The notes: generated by a model from the letters alone, not told the origin. DNA of 64,000 nt from Lama glama (GCA_028534125.1 CM052818.1:43092001-43156000), one strand, 5' to 3'. Counted from the stretch's first letter, positions 51,321 through 64,000 are shown. Numbers and translations are program-made.

Positions 51321-53105
51321 AATCTAACATGGTGCCAGGCATAGCTAGGTATTCAATAAATATTTAATAACTGGTGGGCTGGATGATGAATATTCATCAA
51401 GTTGTATAATCATTGGTATGGACATGTTGAAAATGACTTCATTTATGAATTTTATAAATAAAAGTTTGGTCATCAGGAAAAAAATGTTTCGCTCTGTTAA
51501 AACTCATTCTCATAGATTTATTTTCAAATTTAATATGTTGGAGGAAAAGAATTACTTTACAAGATGTGGAATTGCTTACCAAATTCAGTTCTAAAGTTTT
51601 GGCCAGTATTTGCATCTATTCTAAGATTAAAGAGATGACTGCAATTTTCCTCACAACTAAATCATATCTAAACATTATCCATTTATGAACTTTTAAGAAA
51701 TGGGAACCTATCTTTAGAGTGAGACACTGCTCATCGCAGGGTGGCATGTCTGGATTCCTCTATGACTGCAGTGCTCAGTATAGAACCAAGAGGTTTTGAA
51801 GGATGTCTGTGAGAGAAAGACTGGGGTCAAAGTTTAATGCATCTGACTCATACTCAAACCCCTGGGTCTTCAAACATTGCCCATGTACTCTCAATTTGCA
51901 GAGAATTGTAAGTGTCAGTAACCTGGTTTTAATTTACAACAGATTTTAACTAATAGAGCTGGATATGGCTCCATAGAGTGATTGTATATAAAGTAACTGT
52001 AAAGCGGAAGTGATTTCTGTTCGTCTGATATTAGGAGAAGTAACATCTGTGAAAAAAGGATCCATGTATGTATCAATCTATGTATCAGACATGTTTCTAA
52101 TCACAGCAGACAGAGGCCATTTCATGAAGCAACAAGTAGCTCTAAGTGTTCTGGAGTCTCTAACGGCATCTTTGTAACTCAGTCTAGTACTAGGTGAGAG
52201 GTAACAGATGAAATAACGTAAAATATACTTAGAGTTTGAGAACTGAATTCTAATCTGGGCTTTGTTCTTCAGTGTTTGTATAAACTTCGGCAAATACTTC
52301 CCTTGCAATTTTTGTCTCTCTATAAAATGAAGATTTAGGCTTGAGTCACTTTTGGTTCCAGAGTTTTATTATTTGGTCTATAATAATGTATTCACAATGA
52401 CGGTCCTGCATTTTTGGAAGAACATGTTTGTTCATCACACTTTTTTAACAGGTAGGCACATGTGTGCACGCACACTCCCATGCCTATATATTCATCACAC
52501 GGTTACTGAGATGATCACAGGCGCCAGACAATAGTAAAAATAACGCATATGACTTGGGAGCCCCGTGTGCGTATGAGGTTTCAGGTCGTAGCCCCAACAG
52601 TTCTTAGGTTTGTGACTTTTGTCAATTCTTGTGTGTGCTTTGGGGAATCAAAGTTGCCTTCTCTGTAAAATGGGAAGCATTTTATACACATTTTGAAAGT
52701 TTGCCACAAGGATAAAAATCAAGTATATACATTATATAGTTTTGTTTTTGCAACTTATATAGGAGATCAGATTTCAATTCAAATTGATTATTACTGTTTG
52801 ATTCTCCCTTCTCGCTTTAAAATTCCCATAGCCTTACTGTTTGGCCATGAAAGGGAGATTACATTGTGGTAGCTCTTGGAATCAAGGCAGGAATTTTTAT
52901 GGGATGAAAACGACTTAAGTCCTGTTTGGAAATTAGATAAGAGAAGGATTAAAGGGAGTAGGCTATGGATGATGACAGGTTTCCTGGCATCATGAAAATT
53001 CTCTGGCAGTTTCATCTCTTGAGAGTAAAGGAAGCAATGGAGCCGCAGGAGCCTTGTGAGGATAAGGAGCGCTGAACTAGCTTCCATGAAGGTAAGAAGG
53101 ATGAC

Positions 53106-53637
53106 TGTGGTGGGCTGAATTCCAATCACCCTCAATGAGTCACACCCTCAGGGAGTGTGTACAGAACCCGTGACGTCCTTCTAGGCAATAGAATATGGCA
53201 AATATGATGGATGATACGTGATTTTGTGATTGAATTATGTTATATGGCAAAGATGTGATTAAGTTCCCTAATCTCTTGATTTTGAATTCATCAAAGGGGA
53301 GATTACGTTAAGTGGACCTGATGTAATCAGATGAGTATCTGAAAAAGTCTAGAGATCAGAGACTTAAAACAGCAGATACTCTGTCTCTCATGTTGACCTT
53401 GAAGAATATCTCTCTTAAATTTTCTATGTCTGCGAGGAAATTAATTCTGCCAATAATCAGATGACCTTGGAAGAGAACTCAAGACTCAGCCTAGCCCTTG
53501 ATTACAGCTTGTGAGATCATGAGCAGAGGATCCAGTTAAGCCATGCCCAGACTTTGGACCCGTGGAAATTGTGAGATAATTGTTGTAAGCTTGGAAGTAT
53601 GTGATAGTGTGTTATATAGCATTAGAGCATTAATACA
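53106..53637 (+). mobile_element. MaLR solo LTR (MLT1E-like)
   Basis: TGTGG...AATACA termini, MLT1 internal motifs, and TSD matching 4/5 (atgac 53101-53105 / ataac 53638-53642). Confidence 0.9.
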
Positions 53638-54289
53638 ATAACTGGATGCATTCCTGGGCAATGTTTTAATCCCAGCTAATGTTGGAAGCCATTTGTGTTG
53701 GAATTTATTTTATTATTCACAACATTTCTTTAAGGTAACATCTGAGCATTTATCACGGTCATAATAAAGACCCATTGAAGGAAATTTGTACTTGCAAGAC
53801 CCTAATGTTGTGCACAGAAATTTGCCAAAGGGGGTGACTGTTATTAGCTGTTCCTCAAGAACCGTGTCTAATATCCGCCTAGTCCTCATACTTGCTTTCA
53901 TGCTGTTTGGAAATTATAATTCCCTTAAATTGCTTTCAAGGGAACAGAGGAGGGTATAAAGACGCAGGCAGAAAGGAGGTAAGAAGGAGGAGACACCTCA
54001 AGGATGTTTGTTGAATTATACTCTTAAAGAATAATGACTTACGAGCTGGTCAGATAAATGACTCTTTTGAACCAGCCTCTAAACTCCTTACTGTGTGATA
54101 ATCTAGTGCTCTTCCTGGCCATAACATCTTCCCAATGTTACGAGCCAACCAAAGGGCCACAATAAATGTGCGCGCACGCGCGTGTGTGTGTATGTGTGCA
54201 TGTTTAGAAATACACAAACTCAAATATTAAAAATTTATATCTTGTGATGGAGACGAATTGAATACTTATTATTTCTACATCTTCAGCAA

Positions 54290-55195
54290 TCTGTAGCAAT
54301 GAATTTTATTTCACTTTTAAAATACTTTGTGGATGTCTTGCACTATGATATATGTACATGTAGCAAGTGAAACAATAATATATTAATATATAAAATTTCA
54401 CCCTGTCCCCTCCTCAATGCTATTCCCTTTTTGCAAGAAGCCTCGTACATCTTTCTTTTTGCTGATGTGAATGTATAAAAGCATTTCCATGTATATATAT
54501 ATATGGATATCTATGTGTGTGTGCATAGGGAATTTTCTTATAAATAAATCATACTGAATATGATACTGATATTTTTTCTAACAATAAATAGTGACATGCA
54601 AGTGAGTAAGTATAGATTATTATCTAAGTTTATTATTTTTAAATATAGGTGATCCTTTATATGATTCATAATATATTAACTTTCTATATGGTTAGTGTTT
54701 AGGGCATCATATTTCTTTTCCTTTTATCTTTTTGCCTTTCTTACCATCTCTAGTCTTTCCCACCACTCATGAAATAATCTCACTTGTTACCCATGTAAAC
54801 AATCTGGCATCTCTCTTCTGTTACATATTCATATAAAACTTAAATTTGCATATATAAATTTGCATAGATATAACATTTCTCTGTAGTATGCTGGGGAAAA
54901 ATTGAATGGCATTCAATATAGTTCTCTGAATATTATTTTTTTCTGTCAGTATTACCTCATGAAAACCTCTCCAAGACACCTGGCCCAGTTCTACTCTCTG
55001 GTACTTAATAAGTGCATAATATTATACAGTGTGGAGCCAAGATAATTTATTCAACTGGCATTGATTTTGTTCAGTTATTTGCCTAAAGAAACAATTTTAT
55101 AAGTGTATCATCCTATGGCAAACTTTTTTAGTAAACAGATATCCTGGAAGAGACAGATTTCCAGGAAATTTTGGATAAAAGATACATGCATTCAT
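54290..55195 (-). mobile_element. Old L1ME 3' fragments
   Basis: T-rich sequence with 'gatatcctggaagagacagatttccagg...ggataaaagatacatgcatt', L1ME-like. Confidence 0.45.
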
Positions 55196-55234
55196 ATTTT
55201 ATAATGTAATAGCTGTAATGTTTTTCTGCTGTAA

Positions 55235-56360
55235 GAGTCACCGCAGCTGAAGCTCCAGAAACCGTGGGACAGAAATGAGAAGTCACTGCCAACCTCCTCT
55301 TGAATGCCCGTCAGAATTGTGAGCTTCCAAAGTGGCAGTTGGTTTCCTCTAACTTTATGGGTGGTTTTTAAGCGGGAACAGGTACCTGGATTAAAAACTG
55401 GTTCCTGGAAGAGAGGTCGGCTATGTAAGCAACATAAAACATGTGTCCTTGGCTTTGGGACCGGGAAGTCAGCAGAATCTCGAAAAATCTTGAGGACATT
55501 CAGTGAAAATTGGAAGGGCCTCAAGGCGACTGTTAGTGAAAATTGGAAGGCAAGGAGGAAATTGCTTCTGAAGGCTGGGAAAAGGGCAACTCATGGCATA
55601 AGTGGATGGAATGCTTTGGAAAACGGTCTCTACAATGACATGGACAATCCAAATTTTAACGAATAATGTTGCAAATCCGGCTAAGGAGATTTCCAGGCAT
55701 AATGCTGAAAGGGCCAGCTGGTAATTTCGATCTTCCTGTGCAGGAATAGAGAAGTGAACTAAAGAAGAAACTGTCCATTTGTAAGTTATAATTTGTATAA
55801 AATATAAAGGAGTTAGGACTAGAGAATTTCAAAAATGACATCATTTCTCATCCCTTGTATCGCCTAAAAAAAAAAAAAAAAACCCTCAAGGTGAGAAGTG
55901 GCCTCAGAACAAGTATTAAAAGTAGGATATTGCCAGGAGAGCGTCTGAGATGTTTAAGGAAGTTCTTAAAACTTCTCTCTTAGAGATTAAGACTTCTAAG
56001 AATCTTAAAGTCACATTTTGCAAACTCTTTCAGACTGGACAACAATGGCTTTAAGCATCTTAAGAGCATTGTCCAAAAGTACCGTTCATCTCAGTCCAGG
56101 GTGCAGAGAGGTTTGTCTCAGAGGTCTGCTTGGGTGTGTGCCTCTGTCTACTCAAGCAAACACCATTAAGATGCGGAGAAAGCAGTCAGCAATTTAATAG
56201 AACTCTCGTGGCTGAAGCACCACCTGCTTGGAATGAAAAGGACAGAGAACAATTTAAAGTGAAAAGAAGCCCCAGGGACCCCACATTTTAATGACAGGAA
56301 GCCAAATGAGAAAATAACTTCACTCCAAACTAGGACCATTTCCTGGGGAGAAGCTGGTGA
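55235..56360 (+). mobile_element. MaLR LTR 3' end joined to MaLR internal sequence (MLT1-int)
   Basis: An LTR-like end at ~55235-55390 is followed by 'aaactggttcctggaagagaggtcggctatgtaagcaacataaaacatgtgtccttggctttggga' and 'ggctaaggagatttccaggcataatgctgaa', typical of MLT-int. Confidence 0.72.
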
Positions 56361-56824
56361 AGGTGCAGGGCTTTGCATGTATTCACTCTCTTTATTGGGG
56401 GGTTACCTTTAAGGGAAGGAAGGCAAGTGACCCAGTCTAACCTCCTGATCAATTGGAACTTCAGGCAAATTGACTAATAATATTTTCTAAGAGAAAGAGT
56501 CTTTATCTATAGAATGTCCTAAAGTGAGGATTATGTATAGTCAATCAATTCAGACTTGGAGAGGCATGGCTCTTTGAAGAATGCCACATAGACTTGCATT
56601 ATAAAATGGAGCTGTTTCGTGACTTAAATGCTCCCTGGTGTGCGAGATAATAACCTGTAAAACTTCACTTTGAGGTCTCATCCATCATCCTGGGACAGAG
56701 AGTGTCTGACAGCAGAAGGAAGGCCCTGGGGCACCAGGTGAGGTGTCTCAGATCATCTCTCTGTTTCGCCTGACTCTCTTGAATGCCTGTATTCTTGAAA
56801 TCATTACTAAAGCTTGATTCCAGG

Positions 56825-56955
56825 TCCATTAGTTTGTTAAGCTTACCAGGATGAAGTATCGCAACCTGGGTAGCTTAAAAAATGAAAATTTACTGTCTTA
56901 CCATTCTGGAGATCAGAAGTCTAACATAGACGGGTGCTGGGAAGTTTGATTCCCT
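56825..56955 (-). mobile_element. MaLR LTR fragment (MLT1A-C-like)
   Basis: 'aacctgggtagcttaaaa...aatttactgtcttaccattctggagatcagaagtctaa'. Confidence 0.7.
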
Positions 56956-56974
56956 CCCCTTTTCCCTTTTTCCT

Positions 56975-58185
56975 GCTAAAAATATTTGCGTAAGATTATT
57001 GTTATTGACTTTGATATAATTCAGCACTGAAGTTACACAAACTTGGAGATTTCTTTGTGGGACAGCTTCTGATTCTGAATTCAGTTTAATAGCTGTAAGA
57101 TTAAACAGATTTTGTTTTATCTTGTACCAATTTTGATGAATTTTAACTTGCCATATTTGTTAGCTTAAAGCTGCCATGATCTTCCTCACTCGATGTACTT
57201 GTAAAATCTCTAGGATCTGTATTAATAAACACATTCACTGCAATTCTTGATATTGGTGACTTGTGTCCTCTCTCTGCCTTCCTCTCCCCTTTTCCTTTCC
57301 TCCTTTATTTCCTCTTCCCTTTCTCTCTATTCACTTTTCTCTTGTTTATCAAATTAGTTAGGAGTTTGTCATTTGAGTTGATCATTTCAAAGAACTAGCT
57401 TTTGGGTTTGCGAAATTGTGAATTCAGCCTTTATTCTATTTGTTTTTATTCTTGCCTGGTTTTCTTATCTTTTATCGTGGCTTCATTTGGGTTCACTTTT
57501 CTCTTCTTTTCTCACTTTTCTCTACAAAATGTGAAATTGAGGCCACTGATTTTAGATTTATATTCTCTTCTAATATAAGGATATAAAGCTATGTTTCCTT
57601 TTATGCACAGTTTAGCTGCATCCCACAGATAGTTTTGTGTTGTAATTTTGATATCATTCAGTTAGAAATATTTCTAATTATTCTTGTCATTTTTTTGATT
57701 TATGACTTATTTACAGTGTGTTTAATTTAAAAATTTGGGGTTGTCCTAGATAGCTTATTTCAATCAACTTATAATTTAGCTCCACTCTGGTCAGATAATA
57801 TTTTCTCTACATTTCAATCTATTTAAATATACTGGCATTTTTTTCCTGGCTTAGTAAATGGTCTGTCTTGGCAAATGTACCATAAGCAATTGAAAAGAAT
57901 GTGCATTTTGCTGTTGTTGGATATAATCTTCCACACATATCAGTTAGATTAAAGAGACAGGCAGTGTTGTCCAAACGTGTTTGGTTTTGGTTTCAGTCTG
58001 GTTGTTTACACAATTGCTTCGAGAAGGGTGTTAAACTTTCTTCCTCTGGTTGTGCAATTGTTAATTCCACTCTTTAAAATCGTCAGCTTTGCTTCACATA
58101 TTTTTGGACTCTGTTATTAGGCACATACTCATTTGTAACTGTTGTGTCTTCCTGATGAATTGTGTCTTTTATAATTAAGAGAAGT
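56975..58185 (-). mobile_element. Old L1 ORF2 fragment
   Basis: 'tttagctgcatcccacagat', 'tgaaaagaatgtgcattttgctgttgttgg' and 'ctctgttattaggcacatac' are antisense ORF2 endonuclease-region landmarks. Confidence 0.8.
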
Positions 58186-58944
58186 ACATTCTGCACAGGA
58201 TGAGGCCATGTTTCGGGTGTAGGCACAGGGAGGTGCGAAAAACTGAGGCCAGTAATATACTACTCTGGATTAGATTCTTAGAATGTTTCAGTATCACACA
58301 TACTTCCTGGTTTTGCTGAGATAAGTAAGGCTACTAATAGAATTTCTCCACAATACGTTCTATTCTTCTATTGTATAATGGTTATTGAATACCTCTTACA
58401 TGTCAGATAAGGTATAAATGATGTGAATGTATCAATGAACACATTTCACAAAATACCTGCCCTTAAAAATTTTAAGACATCTCGCAATTTATTTATCTAT
58501 TATATAACAATGACATAGTGGTGTAGAAAGACATCTGTTAATACTTTATAAATGCGTGTGTGTGCATTTATGCATATGTATTTATGTATACAAACACACA
58601 TACACATATATTCTGCTGAATTTATTGCTCACTCATTTTTTCTCTCCTCCTTTTCTACCTGGAATTCTGTTTCACTTGGGTGATTAGAGTCCTTTGAGTA
58701 TTTTTTCCCTTAAATAGATCTTGTGGAAGATATATCCTAAAATACTAATACTCGGCCTGCAACTATGGTATACTTAGTAAATCAAAGTTTATCTCAATTA
58801 ATTGCATGCCTCAGAGGAGTTAGGCTTTCCTATTTTGTGTCCCATCTCCAGACTGTTCAGACCAACCACACTTCTTAAAATGTCTGCTCTGGGCCCAGCA
58901 TAAAAGCATATGGAACTTGAACTCAAGGAGGCCTCAGAGCTAAT

Positions 58945-59070
58945 GTGGACTATTCAGTGGAGACAAGAACTGAGACTCAGGGAGAAAAGATAACTGGACC
59001 AATGTCATGCACCCTGATAGCGGTGAATGTGGTTTAATAACCCAATTTCCTGATGCCCAATACAAGGTAC
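58945..59070 (-). mobile_element. MIR fragment
   Basis: 'gaactgagactcagggagaaaagataactggaccaatgtcatgc'. Confidence 0.6.
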
Positions 59071-61223
59071 TTTTTTTCTGCATGTTTAACCATAATTTTG
59101 GTGATCTATTCAATCTATGGAGCTAGCTTACTCTGAATTAACCTGTTATTCACAGCATTATTTTTCACTTTTTCCCCATTACAATTCTGTGGGACTGATT
59201 TGATGCATTTCTTGAAATGGGATCCCAACAACTAGTCTCCAATCCGTTTTGATCGACAGTTAAGAAACTTGAACTCTCAGCTCCACTGAAGGTGTCTGAT
59301 GCTATGTTTACCTAAGCTAGCTTTGTCTGCTGTAATGGTACAGTTAGCTTGCAAGGAAAAACTCTAGACATCCCAAGGCAATGTTTAAACTAGAAAAGAA
59401 ATCTCTCCTGCTTTTTAACCTTATAACACTGTGAAGATTCTACACTCCTATTCAGAAGACTTATGAGAGAGTTTGAATTCAGTACTGTTTAAAATTTCAT
59501 GCAATTAAAATTCAACTTCATGACGTATGTCAAAGGAAGACAAAACATACTTCCTAAGGGTATATTGTCCGCAAATCAATTCCTTGCCATTGCCAAATGT
59601 ATGAAAATAAGAATAATTAAAAAATACATATACAGTGGGAGGGACTTTGTTTCTCCTGGGCTTCTGGTAACCCTCTGATTGATGGGTCATTGTGAGGTTC
59701 ATATGAACGGCTGTCTATGAAATAGATGGTCTAGGGCAGTGACCAGCCAGAGTAGACACTGATAATAGTAATTATTTTTTTTTTTTACCATTTCTTTCTT
59801 ACATATCTGAAGAACTTCTTTAGTTACTCACTGAAACCTCTAGTTCTTTTCAGATAGGAAAATATTGTTTACTATGTGACTAAATGGATACGTGGACATG
59901 TAATGGCCATCGCTAATCCTGTGTCTACCTATAACCTGGAGTAAAGGTATCTGAATAAGTAAAGTGTGTGTTATCAGGGTATCGACATCACTGTGATGCT
60001 TTATAATCATTCATTTAACACATTTTGATTTAATTCTTGCCATAAGCCAGGCTCTGTGCAAGCTAGCTCCTGGAGACACGCAGAGCTCACAGGCAGGTAA
60101 CAGTAGGGGTTATTTCTGAGCTGAGTTTGCCTTCTACCATACGCAGCCTCAATCTTCTTCTTTTCTTTTTTCTTTTTTTTTTTTAATTTCAAACACGTGT
60201 TACACTCATAACTTACCAGTGTGTTTCTCCCAATTAAAACTCTGGTCTGTATGAGATTTTACGTGACCTCTCACAACTGTGTGGCCAGACTCTTGACAGG
60301 TGTGTGTGAGGGCTCCCTCCAAGCTCCCTGCCCCTCCCCCATACACAGACAACCTTTCTGTAATGACTCTTAAGGGTTACAGGAACTAGCATTACCAAAG
60401 GTCCCCAGATTCGTTTTTCCCTGTTTGGGTCTACATTTGCACGTTGCCTCTGTGATGGGTAACTGACAGAGTCACCACCATCTGCTGAAGTGATCTCTTT
60501 CCTCTGAGCCCAGAAATCAGCCACACAGCTCCGCCCGGCCCTGCCCGGGAAAAGGCAAAGCTGCAGAGCGTGTGCCCTGGTTGGCCATGCTCCGTGAGAA
60601 CACTGAGTGAAGCTCCGGTCAGCCTACCCTGCCTGCTCAGCCTCCCCATGGGCTGTAGGAAGCCAACATTCACCACAGAACACAACAGAGCCCCCGATTC
60701 CAATCTTCGCTCTGGGCTGACAGAATCATGAAGCTTCGTCTGTGCAGTGAGCCCTGATGGATAAACACTTGTATAACCTGTCCAGGAGAGACCCCGATCA
60801 ATGGATGCGTCTCGTCTTATCTCCCATGCATTCGCTTACATCAGCACTGCAGAAGCAGAAGACCCTGTAGCTAGGAAGCATATTGGTTTTGGATAGATGA
60901 ACTTAAAATCTGGCAACCTTTCTTTTTTTTTGGACCTCTGTTATTTCGTATTTATTGAGTTTTCCCATGGTTTTTAAATCTCAATTAAAAAAAAAAAAAG
61001 GAAGGGAAAGAAGGAGAGAAGGATGGAGGGAGAGAAAAGGGAAAACCAGGGCTGTGTGACAGACTTTTTAGACCATCTCCGTATCTCTTGGTATCCAAGA
61101 GTGACTTTAAAATATTTCAAAATGGCCCTAGGGGTTGATCCCATGACTGTCTGGACCCCTCATCTCAGCTTCTACATTAGTAGTGGGTGTTCCAGGATCA
61201 GTGCTGGGATTACTGTCGTTGGA

Positions 61224-61295
61224 TTGGATGGATGAAAGGACAGATGGACAGATAGATACATACATAGATAACGACAGAGATACACATGATAGATA
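61224..61295. repeat. Degenerate (GATG/GATA)n repeat
   Basis: Read directly. Confidence 0.7.
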
Positions 61296-61499
61296 GGTGA
61301 GGATGAGAGTTTTCTTTGGGGGGGCTACCCCCAGCGTATGAGTGGATAACTACCTGATGTATTCGCAAGGATACAAAATAACATCTCTGACTTATCTTCT
61401 TTACAATTCTCTTCCTCACTGACACTTTAATACCTTTAGAAAGATGTAAGATGTCTCATTCTTTCATTACATAATGGCAATAACAAAACAGTAACAGCA

Positions 61500-61730
61500 A
61501 CACTGACTTGTTTTTGTAGTAGAGAAACATAATAATGTTTAACTAAGTGTTAGGTACCATGCTTTAAATTTATGCTTGACTTAAACCTTAACAATAACCC
61601 TGCAAGGCTGTTTTTATTATTTCCATTTTATAGGTGAAGAAACTAAGAAAGGTGAGAAAGATTTACAGGTGAGAAAGGTCCAGTTCATTGCAAGATTTAG
61701 AATTCAAACATATGTCTGTCTTACACCAAT
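61500..61730 (-). mobile_element. MIR
   Basis: 'aacaataaccctgcaaggc...tattatttccattttataggtgaagaaactaag'. Confidence 0.75.
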
Positions 61731-62728
61731 GTTATTTTTATTTAATTTTATATCTTGCTCTCATCTGCAGCTCAGGTGCATGTATGCTTTTTGGAGAAGG
61801 GAGGAAAAAGAAAAAGCCCACATATCGTTTGTTGTAACGTTCTTTTACTTGACCTGCTTCTCCAAAAAGATTCCTCTGCTAATCTCAGAATCCTAAATTT
61901 GTGGGCTGAGATGAGGCAGAGGGACAATGGGAACCAGAAGGAGAGAGAGGTACCAGTGGCAAAGGAGAAGTTGAAGAAGCAAAGATAATCTTCTCAACTT
62001 TGCCATCAACCAGGCTTTTCCTCTTCTCTGCCTTGCGTATGGAAATAAAGCCATTTTAAATCCTTTGCTAAACCTATAAATTCCCTCTTTATGCATGATG
62101 CATGCAATGTATCTACGCCATTGCTATCATTACTGGGCCTATGACACATATGAAGAAAATGAGTCCAGCTTTCACTGCCCACACTGCACAGCAGCTGGTA
62201 GGGTTCCGTGTCCCTCCTCTGACCTCCAGCAACGAGGTCTTAAAACCTCAGCTCTTGGAGCCTGGCTCCCCGCACCTGCAGTCTATCTGCATGTCCAGCA
62301 CAGCCGGGCTCTGGAAATTGGGCTTCCCGCCAGTCATCTCCAACTCGCCAAATCTTCAGAAGGGCAGCTGAAACACCAGAACTTTCCTGGGAATTTCCCA
62401 GCCGCCAGCTCAGATACTGTATCCTTGTTTGCTGAGCTAAAACTAGTGAAGATTGGCAAAGATAAATTAGCAACACATCCGGGAGGACTGCACGTCTCAT
62501 CCAAACATTTGCCCAACCCTGATTCCCAGTAGCGTTCAACTTTGTCTGCAGTGAGCTAACGGATGTGGGCATTATCACAGGGAGGTGAGATGGTATCATT
62601 CGCAGAGCTGGGGCTGGGTGAGTTTTCTCTCTAAATGATGTTTTAGAGAAACAGCGTAGAAAACATCATTCTGCTTTGAGAATCAGCTTGAGAGGACATC
62701 GAACGTGTTTCTTTCTTTTCCTTTTTAG

Positions 62729-62848
62729 GTTTATCTCTTAAAGCCAGATGATACTCTAGCTTCATACAACATACCTGGAGACCAGCAAGCGAGGCATGAT
62801 AGTCTACCATTTCTGGCATGTGGGTTTGGGAAAAGGTATCTATTCCTG
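62729..62848 (+). other. Candidate internal exon (120 nt, phase 0-0, open frame); unverified
   Basis: Polypyrimidine tract plus TAG acceptor (62708-62728), frame VYLLKPDDTLASYNIPGDQQARHDSLPFLACGFGKRYLFL, donor CTG|GTATGA. Peptide not recognised. Confidence 0.2.
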
Positions 62849-63299
62849 GTATGAAATTCATTACCTAGGACTGACCGGCCTCAGCTACAAAGGCCAGCGC
62901 TGGGGGAAGACTGGGTAGCAAAATTGCCCTGCGTGAATGGGTCCTAGGTTATGTATATCTGTAGGCTTTGTCAGGATGAGGTAGGGACTTCCTACGCACT
63001 GGGTGCCCTTCCTTCCTGCCAGGCACACCAAACTAGTATCTCATTTAATTTTTGGATCAACCTATTAAAATAATAATAACGATAATAATGATAATAATAG
63101 CAAAAATCATAGCAAACATTTGTGGAGCACTTAAAATAAGAGCTGGTAACTGTACTTGAATATGGGCTCTGGTGAGTAAGAGGATGGTGAAAGTGTGTTT
63201 AGTTTTGTGAGAAATGGTCAAATTATCTTCCCAAGTGGCTGTAAATACATATACAATCTTTGTCCGCTGTGCCCCATTGAAGTTGGAAAACACTGTTTG

Positions 63300-63690
63300 T
63301 ACTTTATTACATAACGTAATCTATCTATGACATTGGTATCATTGCCGGGTTTACTATACACATGAAGAAAATGAGGCTTAGAAATTTTAAGTTATTTTCA
63401 AGTTCACTCAGCCAAGTAAGCGGTGGAGCAGCTGTCAAATTTAACCAGCAATAAAGCAGAGTGGAAGAAGGCAGCCTTCAGAGGCAGGTGGATGGAAGTT
63501 TGAAGCCCTGCTCTGCTGACCTGCAGTGACGGCTGCTTGGCAAGTCTTTCAACTTCGCTGAATTATCTGTTATCAGAGAGAGGTCTATCGTCAGAGAGAC
63601 AGACACCAAAACTACTTGCCAGGATTGGCTCTGAGCTAGGTAGAGTGCCCGTCACGTAAGCAGCCATTCAATGAATGGAAGTCTTACTTT
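63300..63690. mobile_element. Two MIR fragments in opposite orientations
   Basis: 'catgaagaaaatgaggcttagaaattttaagtt...cagccaagtaagcggtggagc' (minus) and 'gaagccctgctctgct...cttggcaagtctttcaacttcgctga' (plus). Confidence 0.6.
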
Positions 63691-64000
63691 ATTATTTACT
63701 GGGGGTGAGGTAAAGAGATGCCTTTTCAATATTTTCTGCCCCATGTTGAGGTTGGACAAAGTCTAGGACTGGTGGTGATGCAGGTTGGAAATTTAATGGA
63801 TCCTGTTATAGGCAATTGAGCAGCAGGTCCTGAGAGAATGCACAGAGCCTGAAGTCCCCTTCTATGGTGGGTAATTCATTCTGTTATCTTAGAGGCACCA
63901 TTAAGGTGCTTCTGTGCCAGAAGGGTGAGATTTTCACATAGTCTGTCCTTTTAGTAACTGTATCTAAATAACCAAAACTCGGATTTCTTATTTCTTTTGA

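Noticed and set aside
62095..62532. 145-aa plus-strand ORF
   Set aside because: 5' part overlaps MIR-like sequence, ORFs overlap in several frames and no homology is recognised.
1..64000. CRISPR arrays, operons, rRNA/snRNA genes, NUMTs, processed pseudogenes, intact provirus
   Set aside because: No regularly spaced repeat-spacer array, long coding ORF or recognisable RNA/mitochondrial sequence was seen by eye; the window is mammalian repeat-rich DNA.

Overview
This is a 64-kb AT-rich, repeat-dense, essentially non-coding mammalian window. A tRNA(Ala)-derived Vic-1-type SINE (658-792) and young L1 3' ends point to a camelid (camel, alpaca or llama). I recognise no host protein-coding gene. 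The long ORFs are chance ORFs or decayed L1 ORF1/ORF2 and MaLR-internal remnants. The window holds many L1 fragments (mostly minus strand, including a ~4.2-kb decayed ORF1+ORF2 copy), L2 and MIR relics, MaLR/ERVL/ERV1 solo LTRs, hAT-type DNA transposon relics and microsatellites. It could be a long intron or intergenic DNA. I see no convincing novel biological system. The best leads are a recursive-splice-site-like YAG|GT motif (43840-43891), an open 120-nt candidate exon (62729-62848), a MER41-like LTR with intact promoter signals, and several motif-rich repeat-free patches. Repeat family names come from recalled consensus similarity, not a database search. Boundaries of old repeats are approximate.
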